The notes beneath the pieces were generated by a model. The model searched no databases. It saw nothing but the letters and a program-made list of their open reading frames with translations, and had not been told where the DNA came from. 64,000 bases of DNA from Deltaproteobacteria bacterium (GTDB lineage Bacteria; Myxococcota_A; UBA796; GCA-2862545). Where the stretch lies: assembly GCA_007693595.1 (NCBI GenBank), contig REDI01000060.1:61206-125205 (forward strand), written 5' to 3'. The position numbers and the translations under genes are program-made. Within the stretch, counting starts at the first letter, position 1; every line of letters starts with the position of its first letter. This document shows positions 18,156 to 28,700 of the stretch, one piece after another.

Positions 18156-19097
18156 GTGGATGCGCGAGCGCGCCCGGGCTACCAGGGCGGTCATTCTGCG
18201 GAATCGCATCTCAGTCGGAGTGGGTCATTGAACAGAAAACTCCTCGTATTGTCGATCGTCACCCTCGTCGGTGTGGTGCTCGATCAGGCCACGAAGTGGT
18301 GGGTTCGGGTCGACCCGGCGGTCAACGCACCAGGTGGCCTCAAGATCGTCCCAGGTTTCTTTAGCATCGTCCACGCTGAGAACCCCGGAGCGGCCTTCGG
18401 GATGCTGGGCAACCTGTCTCAGGAGTGGCGGATCGGGATCTTCGTGATCTTTACTCTGATCGCCTTGGGGATCGTCTGGGACATGTACCGAAAGCTTCCG
18501 GCGACCGACTGGTTCCTGCCGGGAACGCTCGGCCTGATCCTCTCGGGGGCGCTGGGCAACATGATCGATCGGGTCTACAAGCCCTTCCTGGGGGTCCCCA
18601 ATCACCGGGGCGAGCTCGAGTACGATGCGACGGTCACTGACTTCCTTCGCATCTATACAGAGCACCCTGAGTGGGCCGAGTGGCTCCGCTCCATGTTCGG
18701 AACCGCCGAGTACCCTTCCTTCAACGTGGCCGACATCAACCTGGTGGTCGGCGTCGGCTTCTTCTTGATCCACTACCTCTTCTTCGAGGGGCGAGAGGTC
18801 GACGAGGAAGACGCCGAAGCGGCGCCGCCCGGTCTGCCCGACACCCCCTCCGCGCCGGCCTCTTCCGAGGCCGAAGAGGGGGAGCCCGGCTCCGGGGCCG
18901 AGGGCCGCGAACCTAGCCCCGAGCAGGCCGCCTCCGAGGCCGAAGGGCGCGAACCCAGCCCCGAGCCATCACCCGATCCACCCTCTCCCGACCAAGAGGA
19001 TCTGGCCAGTACCGCGCCGGCTGCCCCCGAGCGTCGGCTCGCTCCCAAGCCGGCCCCGCCGGCAAGTCCATCCGCCGAGGACCTGCCCTCGGACTAG
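18156..19097 (+). CDS. lspA: lipoprotein signal peptidase II with an internal insertion and a ~90-aa acidic/Pro-rich C-terminal tail
   Basis: The LspA core is present (LVLSIVTLVGVVLDQATKWWV ... GALGNMIDRV ... FNVADINLVVGVGFFL). An alternative TTG start lies at 18228. The tail is EEDAEAAPPGLPDTPSAPASSEAEEGEPGSGAEGREPSPE... Confidence 0.8.
   Translation: MDARARPGYQGGHSAESHLSRSGSLNRKLLVLSIVTLVGVVLDQATKWWVRVDPAVNAPGGLKIVPGFFSIVHAENPGAAFGMLGNLSQEWRIGIFVIFTLIALGIVWDMYRKLPATDWFLPGTLGLILSGALGNMIDRVYKPFLGVPNHRGELEYDATVTDFLRIYTEHPEWAEWLRSMFGTAEYPSFNVADINLVVGVGFFLIHYLFFEGREVDEEDAEAAPPGLPDTPSAPASSEAEEGEPGSGAEGREPSPEQAASEAEGREPSPEPSPDPPSPDQEDLASTAPAAPERRLAPKPAPPASPSAEDLPSD
18896..18966 (+). repeat. imperfect ~42-nt tandem direct repeat (2 copies) encoding AEGREPSPE within the lspA tail
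   Basis: GGCCGAGGGCCGCGAACCTAGCCCCGAGC and GGCCGAAGGGCGCGAACCCAGCCCCGAGC read directly. Confidence 0.6.
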
Positions 19098-19236
19098 CGG
19101 GTTGCTGGGATCGAGGCTCGCCCACGGCGCGCGCCGGCGTCTTCTGGTCGAGAAGGAAGGTTCTCGCAAAGGCTCAGACCGAGGTGGGCTTGGAGCGGCG
19201 AGGCAACCCGAGCGACGGGAGCGTTGGCGCCTGCGC

Positions 19237-20877
19237 TCAGAACGAGAAGGTCGCGTCCGCCGTGGGCTCGGTATCTCGCGCGTGAAGGATGTCGTCCCAC
19301 AGGGGCCAGAACCAGGAGCCGATGGGGTCTTCGGCGAGGCTTCCGGCGCTGCTCGACCAGAGCCGGTCGATCGGGGCTTCGGCATAGTAGTGTGCCGCGA
19401 AGAGCAGGGCGGCCTCGCGATGTTCCTGACCGAGGATCGCATCGCGGTGCCAGAGCTGGGCGAGGGAGTGCCGGGTTCGGAGCAACTGGACGGCGAGCCG
19501 GGCCGCGACGCTGACAGGCTGGGAGCCTTTGCGGCCGATCCAGGTCTCGGCGAGGTGACGCTCCCAGCTCTGGCTGAGCGGGGCGAGGCTGGACTCTGCC
19601 GTCGCGGGGTCCGACCCGAGTCGGCTCGCGAGGTGCTTGGCGCTTTCGGGGGCCTTCGCCCACGCGATGAGGGGCGCTAGCGCGGCCCGAAGGTGGGGGC
19701 CTGTGGCATAGCGGATGAGCTCCTCGTGGGTGTGGGTGAGCAGGCTCTCGTCGGAGAGGTGGAGGAAGTGGGCGAGGCTGTGGGCGTGGAGCTGACGGGT
19801 GACCTCGGTGACCCGATCGAGGGCGAGGCTATCGAAGAGGGCCTTGGCGTTGTCGATGACCAGCGCGTCGTCATTGCGTCGAAACCATCCTTCGATAGGG
19901 ACATCGAGGGGCGCGAGGGGGGTCGCGAGCTCCGCGCTTCGAGGGTAGCCGCCCGCGAGATTGGTGAGGCCTTCGTAGGCTCCAGAGCGCCAGCGGTCCG
20001 CGGTGAGGAAGGCCTTGGCTTCGGCCCGAGGGATGACGGTGATGGCCCGGTCGAGCAGGGCCATGACCTCGGCGGCTTCGGAGCCGGTGCACTGGGCGAG
20101 GTTGCGCACGAGGCTATCATCGACGTAGCGGGCCGAGAAGGTCCCCCTTGGGGCGATCGCTCCGTCGAGGTTTCGCTCGATCCAGCCCAGGTAGAGCGAG
20201 GAGGGGCTCGGGGCTCGGGGCTGGTCGACGAGGGCGTAGAGCTGGCCCCCGCGGCGCGAAAGGCCGACCGTCGAGATATCGCCGTTTCGGAGCCCAGGGA
20301 AGAGCAACTCAACGAGCTGGGCGACGCCAGCGTTGGGCAGTCCAAAGCGGGTCCAGAGCCACGAGAGTAGGCGGCGCTGCTTGAGCATGAGGCTGACGCG
20401 CTGGTCGATCTCGGACTGGAGCTCCTCGAGCTCCCAGCGGGCGAGACCCAGCAGCTCGCTGAGAAACTCCATGGGGACGAGCACCGGCGCGAGCTCAGGG
20501 CGGTGGGGATCGGTCTGGCTGGGAGGGCGGCCGAAGGTGGCGACCAAGTGGGGCTGGCTGAAGAGGGTGAGCGCCATGGCGACCGCGATGGGGCGAGGCG
20601 GTGGCCCGGAGGGTCGAGGTTGACGCTCGGGCAGGATGCGCTCGAGCTTCCCGAGCGCCATGACCAGCCGACGGTCCAGATCTTCGCGCGCCGCACCCCC
20701 TGGGAGAGACTCCCTGCGCTTGAGCGCGGCCAGGATCTCGCCGATGAGCTTGAGGTCTTTTTCGGAGCTTAGGATGGTCGGACCGCTCAAGCGGGCCTCC
20801 GCGCGAAAGTCATCAGGGGGCGCTCTGGCAGAGCGGGTTTGGGGCGAGAGTCTGGACAGCATAGACTGACGAGTCAT
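19237..20877 (-). CDS. hypothetical protein (546 aa, no TM segments, no recognisable motif)
   Basis: It is a long ORF with ordinary amino-acid composition. The co-directional overlapping ORF 19677..20696 is Ser/Pro/Arg-rich and was rejected. It is divergent from the RND operon. Confidence 0.55.
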   Translation of the reverse strand: MTRQSMLSRLSPQTRSARAPPDDFRAEARLSGPTILSSEKDLKLIGEILAALKRRESLPGGAAREDLDRRLVMALGKLERILPERQPRPSGPPPRPIAVAMALTLFSQPHLVATFGRPPSQTDPHRPELAPVLVPMEFLSELLGLARWELEELQSEIDQRVSLMLKQRRLLSWLWTRFGLPNAGVAQLVELLFPGLRNGDISTVGLSRRGGQLYALVDQPRAPSPSSLYLGWIERNLDGAIAPRGTFSARYVDDSLVRNLAQCTGSEAAEVMALLDRAITVIPRAEAKAFLTADRWRSGAYEGLTNLAGGYPRSAELATPLAPLDVPIEGWFRRNDDALVIDNAKALFDSLALDRVTEVTRQLHAHSLAHFLHLSDESLLTHTHEELIRYATGPHLRAALAPLIAWAKAPESAKHLASRLGSDPATAESSLAPLSQSWERHLAETWIGRKGSQPVSVAARLAVQLLRTRHSLAQLWHRDAILGQEHREAALLFAAHYYAEAPIDRLWSSSAGSLAEDPIGSWFWPLWDDILHARDTEPTADATFSF

Positions 20878-20973
20878 CTCGAAACAACTCTAGACGAGCG
20901 GTTGCGCGGAGCGCGGCCTCGCTCGGGGCCTCAGCCGACTAGGTGGGTGGGGTCGACTGCGTGGGAGAGCTCG

Positions 20974-22230
20974 ATGCGCAAAACTCTGTTCCTGCTCCTC
21001 GGGTTGGTTGCCTGTTCCTCTGGATCTCCCTCCACCTTTGGTGTGGGTGGGGGCTCGTCCCAGGCGGTCGCGACCGTGGTCGAGGTCGAGCCCGCGCAGG
21101 TTGGCGCCGTCTCGGATCAGCTCATCACCAACGCGACGGTCGAGAGCGAGCGGATGGCGAGGGTGTTGCCTCAGACCACGGGTCTGGTCCGCGAGGTTCT
21201 GGCCGCCGAGGGGGATCCGGTGCAGCGTGGTCAGGTCTTGGCGGTGATCGACAACATCTCTCTCGACGAGACGGCGAACCGGGCCGTGGCGGAGCTGCGT
21301 CGGCTCGAAGCGGAGCTCGAGGTGAGCCGACGCCTCGTCGAGCAGCGCGCGATGGCGCAGCGGGAGCTCGATGAGCTCGAGGGGCGAGTCCTCGGGCAGC
21401 GCTCCACCCTTCGCGAGGCCCAGGTGACCCGCAAGCAGACGCGCCTCCTCGCTCCCTTCGACGGCGTGGTCGGAGCGCGTGAGATCCGCGTCGGGGAGGT
21501 GGCGACGTCCTCGACCGAGGCGTTCACCATCGTCGACCTCGACGCCCTGCTCGTCGTCGCCTCACTACCCGAGCGCGACGTGAGTCGGGTTCGTGTCGGG
21601 CAGTCGGCGCGGGCGGTCAGCGCCTACGATCCAGACAGTTTCGCTCACGCGACCATCGAGCGGATCGCTCCGATCATCGACGCGAACACGGGCACCTTCC
21701 GGGTCCAGCTACGCCTGGACGAAGGCCAGCGCGCGCTCCGCCCCGGTCAGTTCGTCTCGGTCGCTATCGAGGTGGATCGACACGAAGATGTGGTGGTGAT
21801 CCCCAAGCGGGCGCTGGTCTACGAAGACGGCATGCCGGTCGTCTACCGTCGAGTTCGACGCGAGATCGAAGAGGATGCCCAAGACGCCTCCTCCTCCGAA
21901 GGTCCGCTGAGTGGCGCGAGCCAAGGGGCGGGCGGTCGCGGGATGGGGTCCTGGTTCCGTCGCGGTCGGGGAGGTTGGAGTGGGGGCTCGGGTCCGTCCG
22001 CGCGCCCCAAAGAGCCGCCGAGCCCCTATGTCGCGGAACGCGTGCGGATCGAGTTGGGGCTCGTCGACGACGATCATGCTGAGATTGTGCGAGGCATCCA
22101 GCCCGGCGACGAGGTCATCGTGCTCGGGCAGTCGGCGCTCCGCGATGGGGCTCGGGTCCGCGTCCTCTCGGACTCCGATGCGACCGATGAGGGGTCGCAG
22201 GCCTCGACCGACTTCGGAGAGCCCGGTTGA
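20974..22230 (+). CDS. efflux RND transporter periplasmic adaptor subunit (HlyD/MFP family lipoprotein)
   Basis: N-terminus MRKTLFLLLGLVACSS has a lipobox. The coiled-coil hairpin (RAVAELRRLEAELEVSRRLVEQRAMAQRELDELEG) and beta-barrel/MP domains fit. The stop overlaps the first permease start. Confidence 0.85.
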   Translation: MRKTLFLLLGLVACSSGSPSTFGVGGGSSQAVATVVEVEPAQVGAVSDQLITNATVESERMARVLPQTTGLVREVLAAEGDPVQRGQVLAVIDNISLDETANRAVAELRRLEAELEVSRRLVEQRAMAQRELDELEGRVLGQRSTLREAQVTRKQTRLLAPFDGVVGAREIRVGEVATSSTEAFTIVDLDALLVVASLPERDVSRVRVGQSARAVSAYDPDSFAHATIERIAPIIDANTGTFRVQLRLDEGQRALRPGQFVSVAIEVDRHEDVVVIPKRALVYEDGMPVVYRRVRREIEEDAQDASSSEGPLSGASQGAGGRGMGSWFRRGRGGWSGGSGPSARPKEPPSPYVAERVRIELGLVDDDHAEIVRGIQPGDEVIVLGQSALRDGARVRVLSDSDATDEGSQASTDFGEPG

Positions 22231-25200
22231 GCACCTCACGGTCCCGCAGGCCGCTTCATGCGGCCTTCGATGCGCTCGTGCGTCGCCCCGTGGCGGTGAG
22301 TATGGTCTTTCTGGCCGCCATCGTCTTCGGATTGGTCAGCTACCAGCGGCTCGCGGTCGAGCTCATGCCCGACATCAGCTACCCGACGGTCACGGTGCGA
22401 ACGACCTTCGAGGGGGCGGCGCCGCAAGAGGTCGAGTCGCAGGTCAGCCGCCTCATCGAGGCCCAGGTCGCGACCCTGGACGGTCTGACCCGCCTCGAGA
22501 GCCGGTCCAGGGCGGGTCAGTCCGATGTCGTGCTCGGCTTTGACTGGGGCGCGGACATGTCGGAGTCTTCCCAGGCCGTGCGCGAAAAGCTTCAGACCGT
22601 CTTCCTCCCCGACGGGGCGGACCGACCGCTCATCCTGCGCTACGACCCTTCGCTCGATCCCTTCCTGCGCCTCGCGCTCTCGCTGACCCCCGAAGCGGCG
22701 GCCGACCGGGATGAGCGGGTGCTCTACACCCTGCGCGAGATCGCCGAGCAAGAGCTACAGCGCGCCCTGGAGGGGATGGCGGGGGTCGCGGCCGTGAGGG
22801 TGCGGGGCGGGCTCTCGCGCGAGATCCTCGTCGAGATCCACCGCGACAAGCTCACGTCCCGTCGACTCGGCATCGACGAGGTCCGCAACGCTCTGAGCTC
22901 GGGCAACGTCAACCTGGCGGGGGGATCCATCCTCGAAGGCGACACCGAGTACCTGGTGAGGACCCTCAACGAGCTCCGGACGGTCCGCGAGATCGAGCAG
23001 CTACGGATCACACGCTCGGACGGGGTCAACATCCCCCTCACCGACGTCGCGACCGTGCGCGAAACCCACGCCGAGCGCCAAGTTGTCAGCCACCTCGATG
23101 GGGTGGAGGCGGTGGAGATCGAGATCTTCAAGGAGGCCGACGCGAACGTCGTCGAGGTCGCCGGTCGGGTCAAGGATCGGCTGCTTCGCGAAGGCACCCC
23201 AATGCTTCCTCGTGCGAGCCCGCTGTATCAGGCGCCCGGACTCGCCAAGAGCCTTCCTGACGGCGTCGTGCTCGAGGTCCTCGACGATCAAGCCGCCTTC
23301 ATCGAGGCCTCGATCAACAACCTGCTGAGCACCGCCTTGATCGGCGCGGTCTTCGCGGTGCTCGTGCTGTTCCTCTTTCTTCGGAACAGTAGGGCGACCT
23401 TGATTATTGGCCTCGCGATCCCCGTGAGCGTTGTGATCGCCTTCGCGCCTCTCTACCTCCTGGGGGTCTCGCTCAACCTCATGTCGCTCGGGGGGCTGGC
23501 GCTGGGGGTCGGTATGCTGGTCGACAACGCTGTCGTGGTACTCGAGAGCATCCAGCGCTATCTCGATGATCGAGAGTCCAAGATCGCGGCGTCGGTTCAC
23601 GGCGTCTCCGATGTCGCCGCAGCGGTCACGGCCTCCACGCTCACCACGGTGGCCGTCTTCTTTCCTATCTCCTTCGTCGATGGGGTCGCGGGAGAACTCT
23701 TTGGGGATCTGGCGGTGGCGGTGGTCGCCTCGCTGCTGGCCTCGCTCGCGGTCGCGCTCTTCTTGGTGCCGACGCTGGCGGCCCTCGAACTCGCGGCCTT
23801 TCAAGAGGGTGAGGCGGACGGGGTCTTCGGCGGGGTCGCCCGCCTTCGCGCCGGGCAGGGCAGCCTGGTCGACCTCTTCAAGGGCATGGCAGCGCAGGCC
23901 TTGGGTGCCCCTCGCCAGACCCTCGGGGAGTTCTTCGCGGGGGTCGGCCAGTCGCGCTTGGCTCGGGCGCTGGGCGCGAACCCTCGACCGGGTAAGGCGC
24001 TCCGATGGGCTCTGTTGCCCTTGGTGCTGGTCAAGGCCTTCGTCTTGCTGCTGTGGGGCGTGCTCCGGGTGCTCGTCGATGGGCTGGCGATCCTGGCCTT
24101 GGCGTTCCTGGGACTCGGCCTGTTCGCGCTGCGTCACACGATCGGTCGGATCTTTGGAGCGATGGCGACGGGGTGGGGCAAGGTCTATGACCTCATCGAG
24201 GCCCGATACCTTCGGCTCCTACCCCTGGCCTTGCGCAGGCCTGGCCTGATCGTCGGCCTGGCGGTCGTCGCTTTGCTCGCGGCGCTTGGGCTGGGCTCCT
24301 TCCTGGGCACGGAGCTGATCCCCGAGGTCCACCAGGGCCGTCTGATCGTGAACACGGCGATGCCCGTGGGCACCCCGCTCCGCGCCAACGTGACCTCGCT
24401 GGCTTCTCTGGAGCGGGCCCTTCGGGAGCACCCCGAGATCCGCACGGTCTACGCGACCTTCGGCTCCGATCGCGGAGCGGATGCCGAGGCCGATGAGGGC
24501 GAGCACACCGCGGTCTTGCGGCTCCTGCTGCGCCAGCCGTCGGGCCTCTTCGAAGAGTCGGCGCCGCGCCGCGAGGCGCGCATCATGGAGGAAGTGCGAC
24601 GGATGCTCGAGCGCTACCCCCGCCTCGACGCCCGGATCAGTCGACCACCCCTCTTCGAGGTCGCCACCCCCATCGAGGTGGTCATCCACGGGCATGACCT
24701 TCAGGACCTTCGGCAGGCGGGAGACCAGGCGCTCGAGCTGCTACAGCGCACCGACGGACTGCGCGATGTGTCCACGAGCCTGGCGCGCGGCTATCCCGAG
24801 GTCCAGATCCACTACGATCGCGAGCGTCTTCGGCGCTTGGGGCTCGATCCCAACACGGTCGCGACCGCGGTGAGGGATCAGGTGCTCGGCGTGAGGGCCA
24901 CGACGGTTCAGCGGACGGAGCAACGTGTCGACGTGCGGGTCCAGCTCGACCCCTCTCAGCGCAGCACGGTCCGCGACATCGCGTCTCTCAACGTCAACCC
25001 GGATCGGGTGCCCCCGATCCCGCTCGACACGGTGGCCCGACTCGTCGAGGCCGAGGGACCAAGCGAGATCCGTCGGGTCGATCAGCGTCGCGCCGTCGTG
25101 GTCAGCGCGAGCGTCGCAGGCTTCGATCTGGGCACAGCGGCCGAGTCGATCGGGGCGAACCTGAGCCAGCTCGCGCTCCCTGCGGGCACCGAGGCGCGGG

Positions 25201-25754
25201 TCGCTGGGCAGTCCCAAGAGCTGCGGGAGTCGATGCAGTCCATGCAGTTTGCGCTTCTACTAGCGATCTTCCTCGTCTATATCATCATGGCCTCCACCTT
25301 CGAGAACGTGATCCAGCCTATGGTCATCCTGCTCTCGGTGCCGCTCGCGGGCGTAGGGGTCGCGCTCACGCTCGGGCTGGTCGGGCTGCCGATCTCGGTC
25401 GTGGTCCTGATCGGCGCCATCGTGCTCGCCGGGGTGGTGGTGAACAACGCCATCGTCTTTGTCGACACCATCAACCAGCGGCGCGCGGGGGGCATGGCGA
25501 GGCTCGAAGCGATCGTCGAAGCGGGGCGTCTGCGGCTCCGTCCGATCCTGATCACGACCTTCACCACCGTGCTCGGCCTGCTGCCCCTATCCTTCGGATT
25601 TGGGGATGGGGCCGAGATCCAGCAACCCCTGGCGATCACCGTCATCGGGGGCCTGGTGAGCTCCACCGTGCTCACCCTGATCATCATCCCGGTGATCTAC
25701 AAGCTGCTCGACGGCCGTGGACCGCCTCAGCCGGCTCAGCAGGAGGCGGCGTGA
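22227..25754 (+). CDS. efflux RND transporter permease (AcrB/HAE1-like), unusually long at 1175 aa
   Basis: It has the RND 12-TM architecture and conserved N-terminal blocks (FDALVRRPVAVSMVFLAAIVFGLVSYQRL; SYPTVTVRTTFEGAAPQEVESQV). An extra ~130-aa segment appears around residues 520-650. Confidence 0.9.
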   Translation: MSTSRSRRPLHAAFDALVRRPVAVSMVFLAAIVFGLVSYQRLAVELMPDISYPTVTVRTTFEGAAPQEVESQVSRLIEAQVATLDGLTRLESRSRAGQSDVVLGFDWGADMSESSQAVREKLQTVFLPDGADRPLILRYDPSLDPFLRLALSLTPEAAADRDERVLYTLREIAEQELQRALEGMAGVAAVRVRGGLSREILVEIHRDKLTSRRLGIDEVRNALSSGNVNLAGGSILEGDTEYLVRTLNELRTVREIEQLRITRSDGVNIPLTDVATVRETHAERQVVSHLDGVEAVEIEIFKEADANVVEVAGRVKDRLLREGTPMLPRASPLYQAPGLAKSLPDGVVLEVLDDQAAFIEASINNLLSTALIGAVFAVLVLFLFLRNSRATLIIGLAIPVSVVIAFAPLYLLGVSLNLMSLGGLALGVGMLVDNAVVVLESIQRYLDDRESKIAASVHGVSDVAAAVTASTLTTVAVFFPISFVDGVAGELFGDLAVAVVASLLASLAVALFLVPTLAALELAAFQEGEADGVFGGVARLRAGQGSLVDLFKGMAAQALGAPRQTLGEFFAGVGQSRLARALGANPRPGKALRWALLPLVLVKAFVLLLWGVLRVLVDGLAILALAFLGLGLFALRHTIGRIFGAMATGWGKVYDLIEARYLRLLPLALRRPGLIVGLAVVALLAALGLGSFLGTELIPEVHQGRLIVNTAMPVGTPLRANVTSLASLERALREHPEIRTVYATFGSDRGADAEADEGEHTAVLRLLLRQPSGLFEESAPRREARIMEEVRRMLERYPRLDARISRPPLFEVATPIEVVIHGHDLQDLRQAGDQALELLQRTDGLRDVSTSLARGYPEVQIHYDRERLRRLGLDPNTVATAVRDQVLGVRATTVQRTEQRVDVRVQLDPSQRSTVRDIASLNVNPDRVPPIPLDTVARLVEAEGPSEIRRVDQRRAVVVSASVAGFDLGTAAESIGANLSQLALPAGTEARVAGQSQELRESMQSMQFALLLAIFLVYIIMASTFENVIQPMVILLSVPLAGVGVALTLGLVGLPISVVVLIGAIVLAGVVVNNAIVFVDTINQRRAGGMARLEAIVEAGRLRLRPILITTFTTVLGLLPLSFGFGDGAEIQQPLAITVIGGLVSSTVLTLIIIPVIYKLLDGRGPPQPAQQEAA

Positions 25755-28700
25755 GGCGCTGGCTGCCAGCCTTTGCCTACGATCATCCCGTGACGGTCTT
25801 GATGGGGTGCCTGGCGCTGATCGTGCTGGGCTCGATCGCGTGGATGCGCATTCCGATCCAGCTCTTGCCCGATGGCATCGAGACCGGACAGCTCGTCGTG
25901 CGGATCCAGAACCCCGGCAGCGCCCCGCGTGAGACCGACGACCAGGTTGTTCGTCCGGTGACGGCGCAGCTCTCGACCATCCCTGGGGTCAAGCAGCTCC
26001 GCACCACCGCCGACGCCCAGTCCGCATCCTTCAACCTAGAGTTTTATCCATCGGTCCCCTCTGACGAGGCCTACAACCTGGTCGTCGACCGCATGGAGAG
26101 GGCGATGGCGGACCTGCCCTCCGACATCGACAGGTACTTCATCTTCAAGTTCAATCCCGCCGACTTGCCGGTGCTCTTCGCCGGGGTGACCCTGCCGGAG
26201 ACGGTGGACGACCCGTACCACTTGCTCACCCGGATCGTGCAGCCCCGGCTGGAGCGGGTGCCGGGGGTGGCGGCGGTCGATGTGAGGGGGGTGCCTCAGC
26301 GCAGCGTCTACATCGAGTTTGACCGTGAGAAGATCCTGGCCCATGGGGTCGATGTGGGCTCGGTGCAGCGGGGTCTGCAAGCCGACAACTTCCAGATGGC
26401 GGCAGGTCGTATCGAGGATCGGGGGCAGGTCCGCTTCGTCCGCTCCATCGCCACCCTCGATCAGGTCGACCAGCTCCGCCGCTGGCCCGTGCAGGAGGGG
26501 ATCGTTCTCTCGGACATCGCGACCGTGGAGCTTCGAGGGACGCTGTCTTCCGACATCGGGCGCCTCAACGGGGAGCAGGCCGCCATCGTCCTGGTGCGGC
26601 GCGAGGCCGGCGCGAACATGGTCGAGGTGACCCGTCGGATCGAGCGCGAGATCGAGAGCCTCAACGAGGACCCCCGCCTGGAGGGGGCCCAGCTCATGGC
26701 CTTCTTCAGTCAGGGTGATCTTGTGGTCGAAGCGATGGACAACCTGCTCTGGACGGCTCTCGTCGGCGGCGTGCTCGCGGTGATCGTCCTCTTCGCCTTC
26801 CTGCGGGAGTGGCGGATGACCCTGCTCATCGCACTGAGCATCCCCTTCAGCCTATTGATCACGATCGCGGTGCTCTACTTCCGGGGGGACTCGCTGAACC
26901 TCCTGGCCCTGATGGGGCTGATGCTCGCCGTCGGGATGGTGGTCGACAACGCCATCGTGGTGGTCGAGACCATCTACCGCCGCCGCGCGGACGGAGAGGG
27001 CGCCCGCGAGGCGGCTATCGGCGGAGTCTCCGAGGTCAACCTCGCGATCATCATGTCCACCGCGACGACCATGGTCGTGTTCCTGCCCTTGATCCTGATG
27101 TCGGGTGAGGGGAGCTTCACCGTCTTTCTCGGAGCGCTGGGCTATCCGGTGATCTTTGCGCTCGGCGCCAGCTTGCTGGTGGCGCTCGTCGTCGCGCCCC
27201 TCGTCACCCGGGCCTTCGGTCAGGGCCGCGCGCGCCAAGAAGGGCCTATTCTTCGGCGTGTCGCGGCCGCGTACACCTGGGTCCTCGATCGAGCCCTCCG
27301 GCGTCGCTTCGAGACGGTGATCGTCTTGGTCGCGCTGGGCCTGTTGACGTTGATTCCGCTGCGCAACGTGCCCATGACGGTGGTCGACGAGGACGCGCAG
27401 AACCAGTTTGATCTCAGGGTCGAGGTCGCGCCTCAGATCGATCCGAACGAGCGGAGCCAGGTGCTCGGCGAGGTCGAGGCCCTCTTGGCGGACCGCAAGT
27501 CGGACTGGGGTATCAGCGCCTTTTATACGAACCTCGACGGGTCGAGCACCCGGGGGAGGATCACGGTCTTTCTCCAGAACGAGGGGCCGATGAGCCGCAC
27601 CGAGGTGATGGCCGCGGCCCGAGAGGCCCTGCCCGAGGACCGCGCGGACGCCCGGTGGTCGGTCGGCTTCGATCAGGCGGGCCGGGGGAGCTCCAGGGTC
27701 GACTTCACCATCACCGGCGAAGATATGGACACCCTGCTCCTGCTCGCCGAAGAGGCGGCGCGGCGGGTTGGCAGTCGGCCTGGGGTGATGAACGCTTCGG
27801 TCGACACGGTCGAGTCGGGGGTCGATGAGCTGCGCATGGTGCTCGATCGCCAGGCGCTCGTTCGCTACGGCCTCACGGGTCAGTCGGTCGCGGGAACGAT
27901 CTCGTTCTACCTACGCGGCACGGGGCTTCAGCCTCTCCGAATGGGGGACCGTGAGGTCGAGGTGATCAACCGCTTCGAGCTCGAGGACCGGAGCGATCTC
28001 GCCGCGGTGCTCGACTCGCCGGTCTTCTCTTCCGAGGTCGGGGGGCTGGTCCCGCTCCGAGCCCTCACTCACGTCGAAGGTGGCAAGGGCCCAGGTTCGA
28101 TCCAGCGCATCGACAACCGGACCGCGGTGCGCATCGGGGTCGATCTCGAGGACGGGATCGCACCGTACATGGCGGGGGGACTGGTGCGTGAGGCGATGTC
28201 GGGCATGGCCTTTCCTCGTGGCTATACTTGGGAGCAGGGTCAGTCATTCTCGGTCCAGGCCGAAGACATGCAGCAGCAGATCTTCGTCATCGGTATGTCG
28301 GTGGTCTTTGTCTTTCTGCTCATGGGGATCCTCTTCGAGAGCTGGCTCTTGCCGCTCTCCATCCTGATCACGCTCCCGATGGCTGGGCTGGGAGCCTGGT
28401 GGATGCTGTGGCTCACCAGCACACCCTTCGACACGATGGCGGGGATCGGGCTCGTGATTCTGGTCGGAGTCGTCGTCAACAACGGGATCGTTCTGATCGA
28501 TCTGGTGGCGCAGCTTCGGGCGGGGGGGCTAGATCGCCATGCGGCCCTCGTCGAGGCGGGGCGTCGTCGTCTTCGGCCCATCCTGATGACCGCGCTGACG
28601 ACCATCTTCGGGCTGGTCCCGATGGCGGTCGGGGGCTCGGACTTCGTCGGCGTCCCCTACGCTCCGCTCGGCCGGACCGTCATCGGCGGGCTAGGGGCCG

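Noticed and set aside
19677-20696. 339-aa minus-strand ORF co-directional with the 546-aa hypothetical but in another frame
   Set aside because: It is Ser/Pro/Arg-rich and low-complexity, whereas the retained frame has ordinary protein-like composition.
23001-24137. 378-aa minus-strand ORF inside the RND permease gene
   Set aside because: It runs antisense to a gene with unmistakable RND architecture, and its composition is Arg/Glu/Asp-rich.
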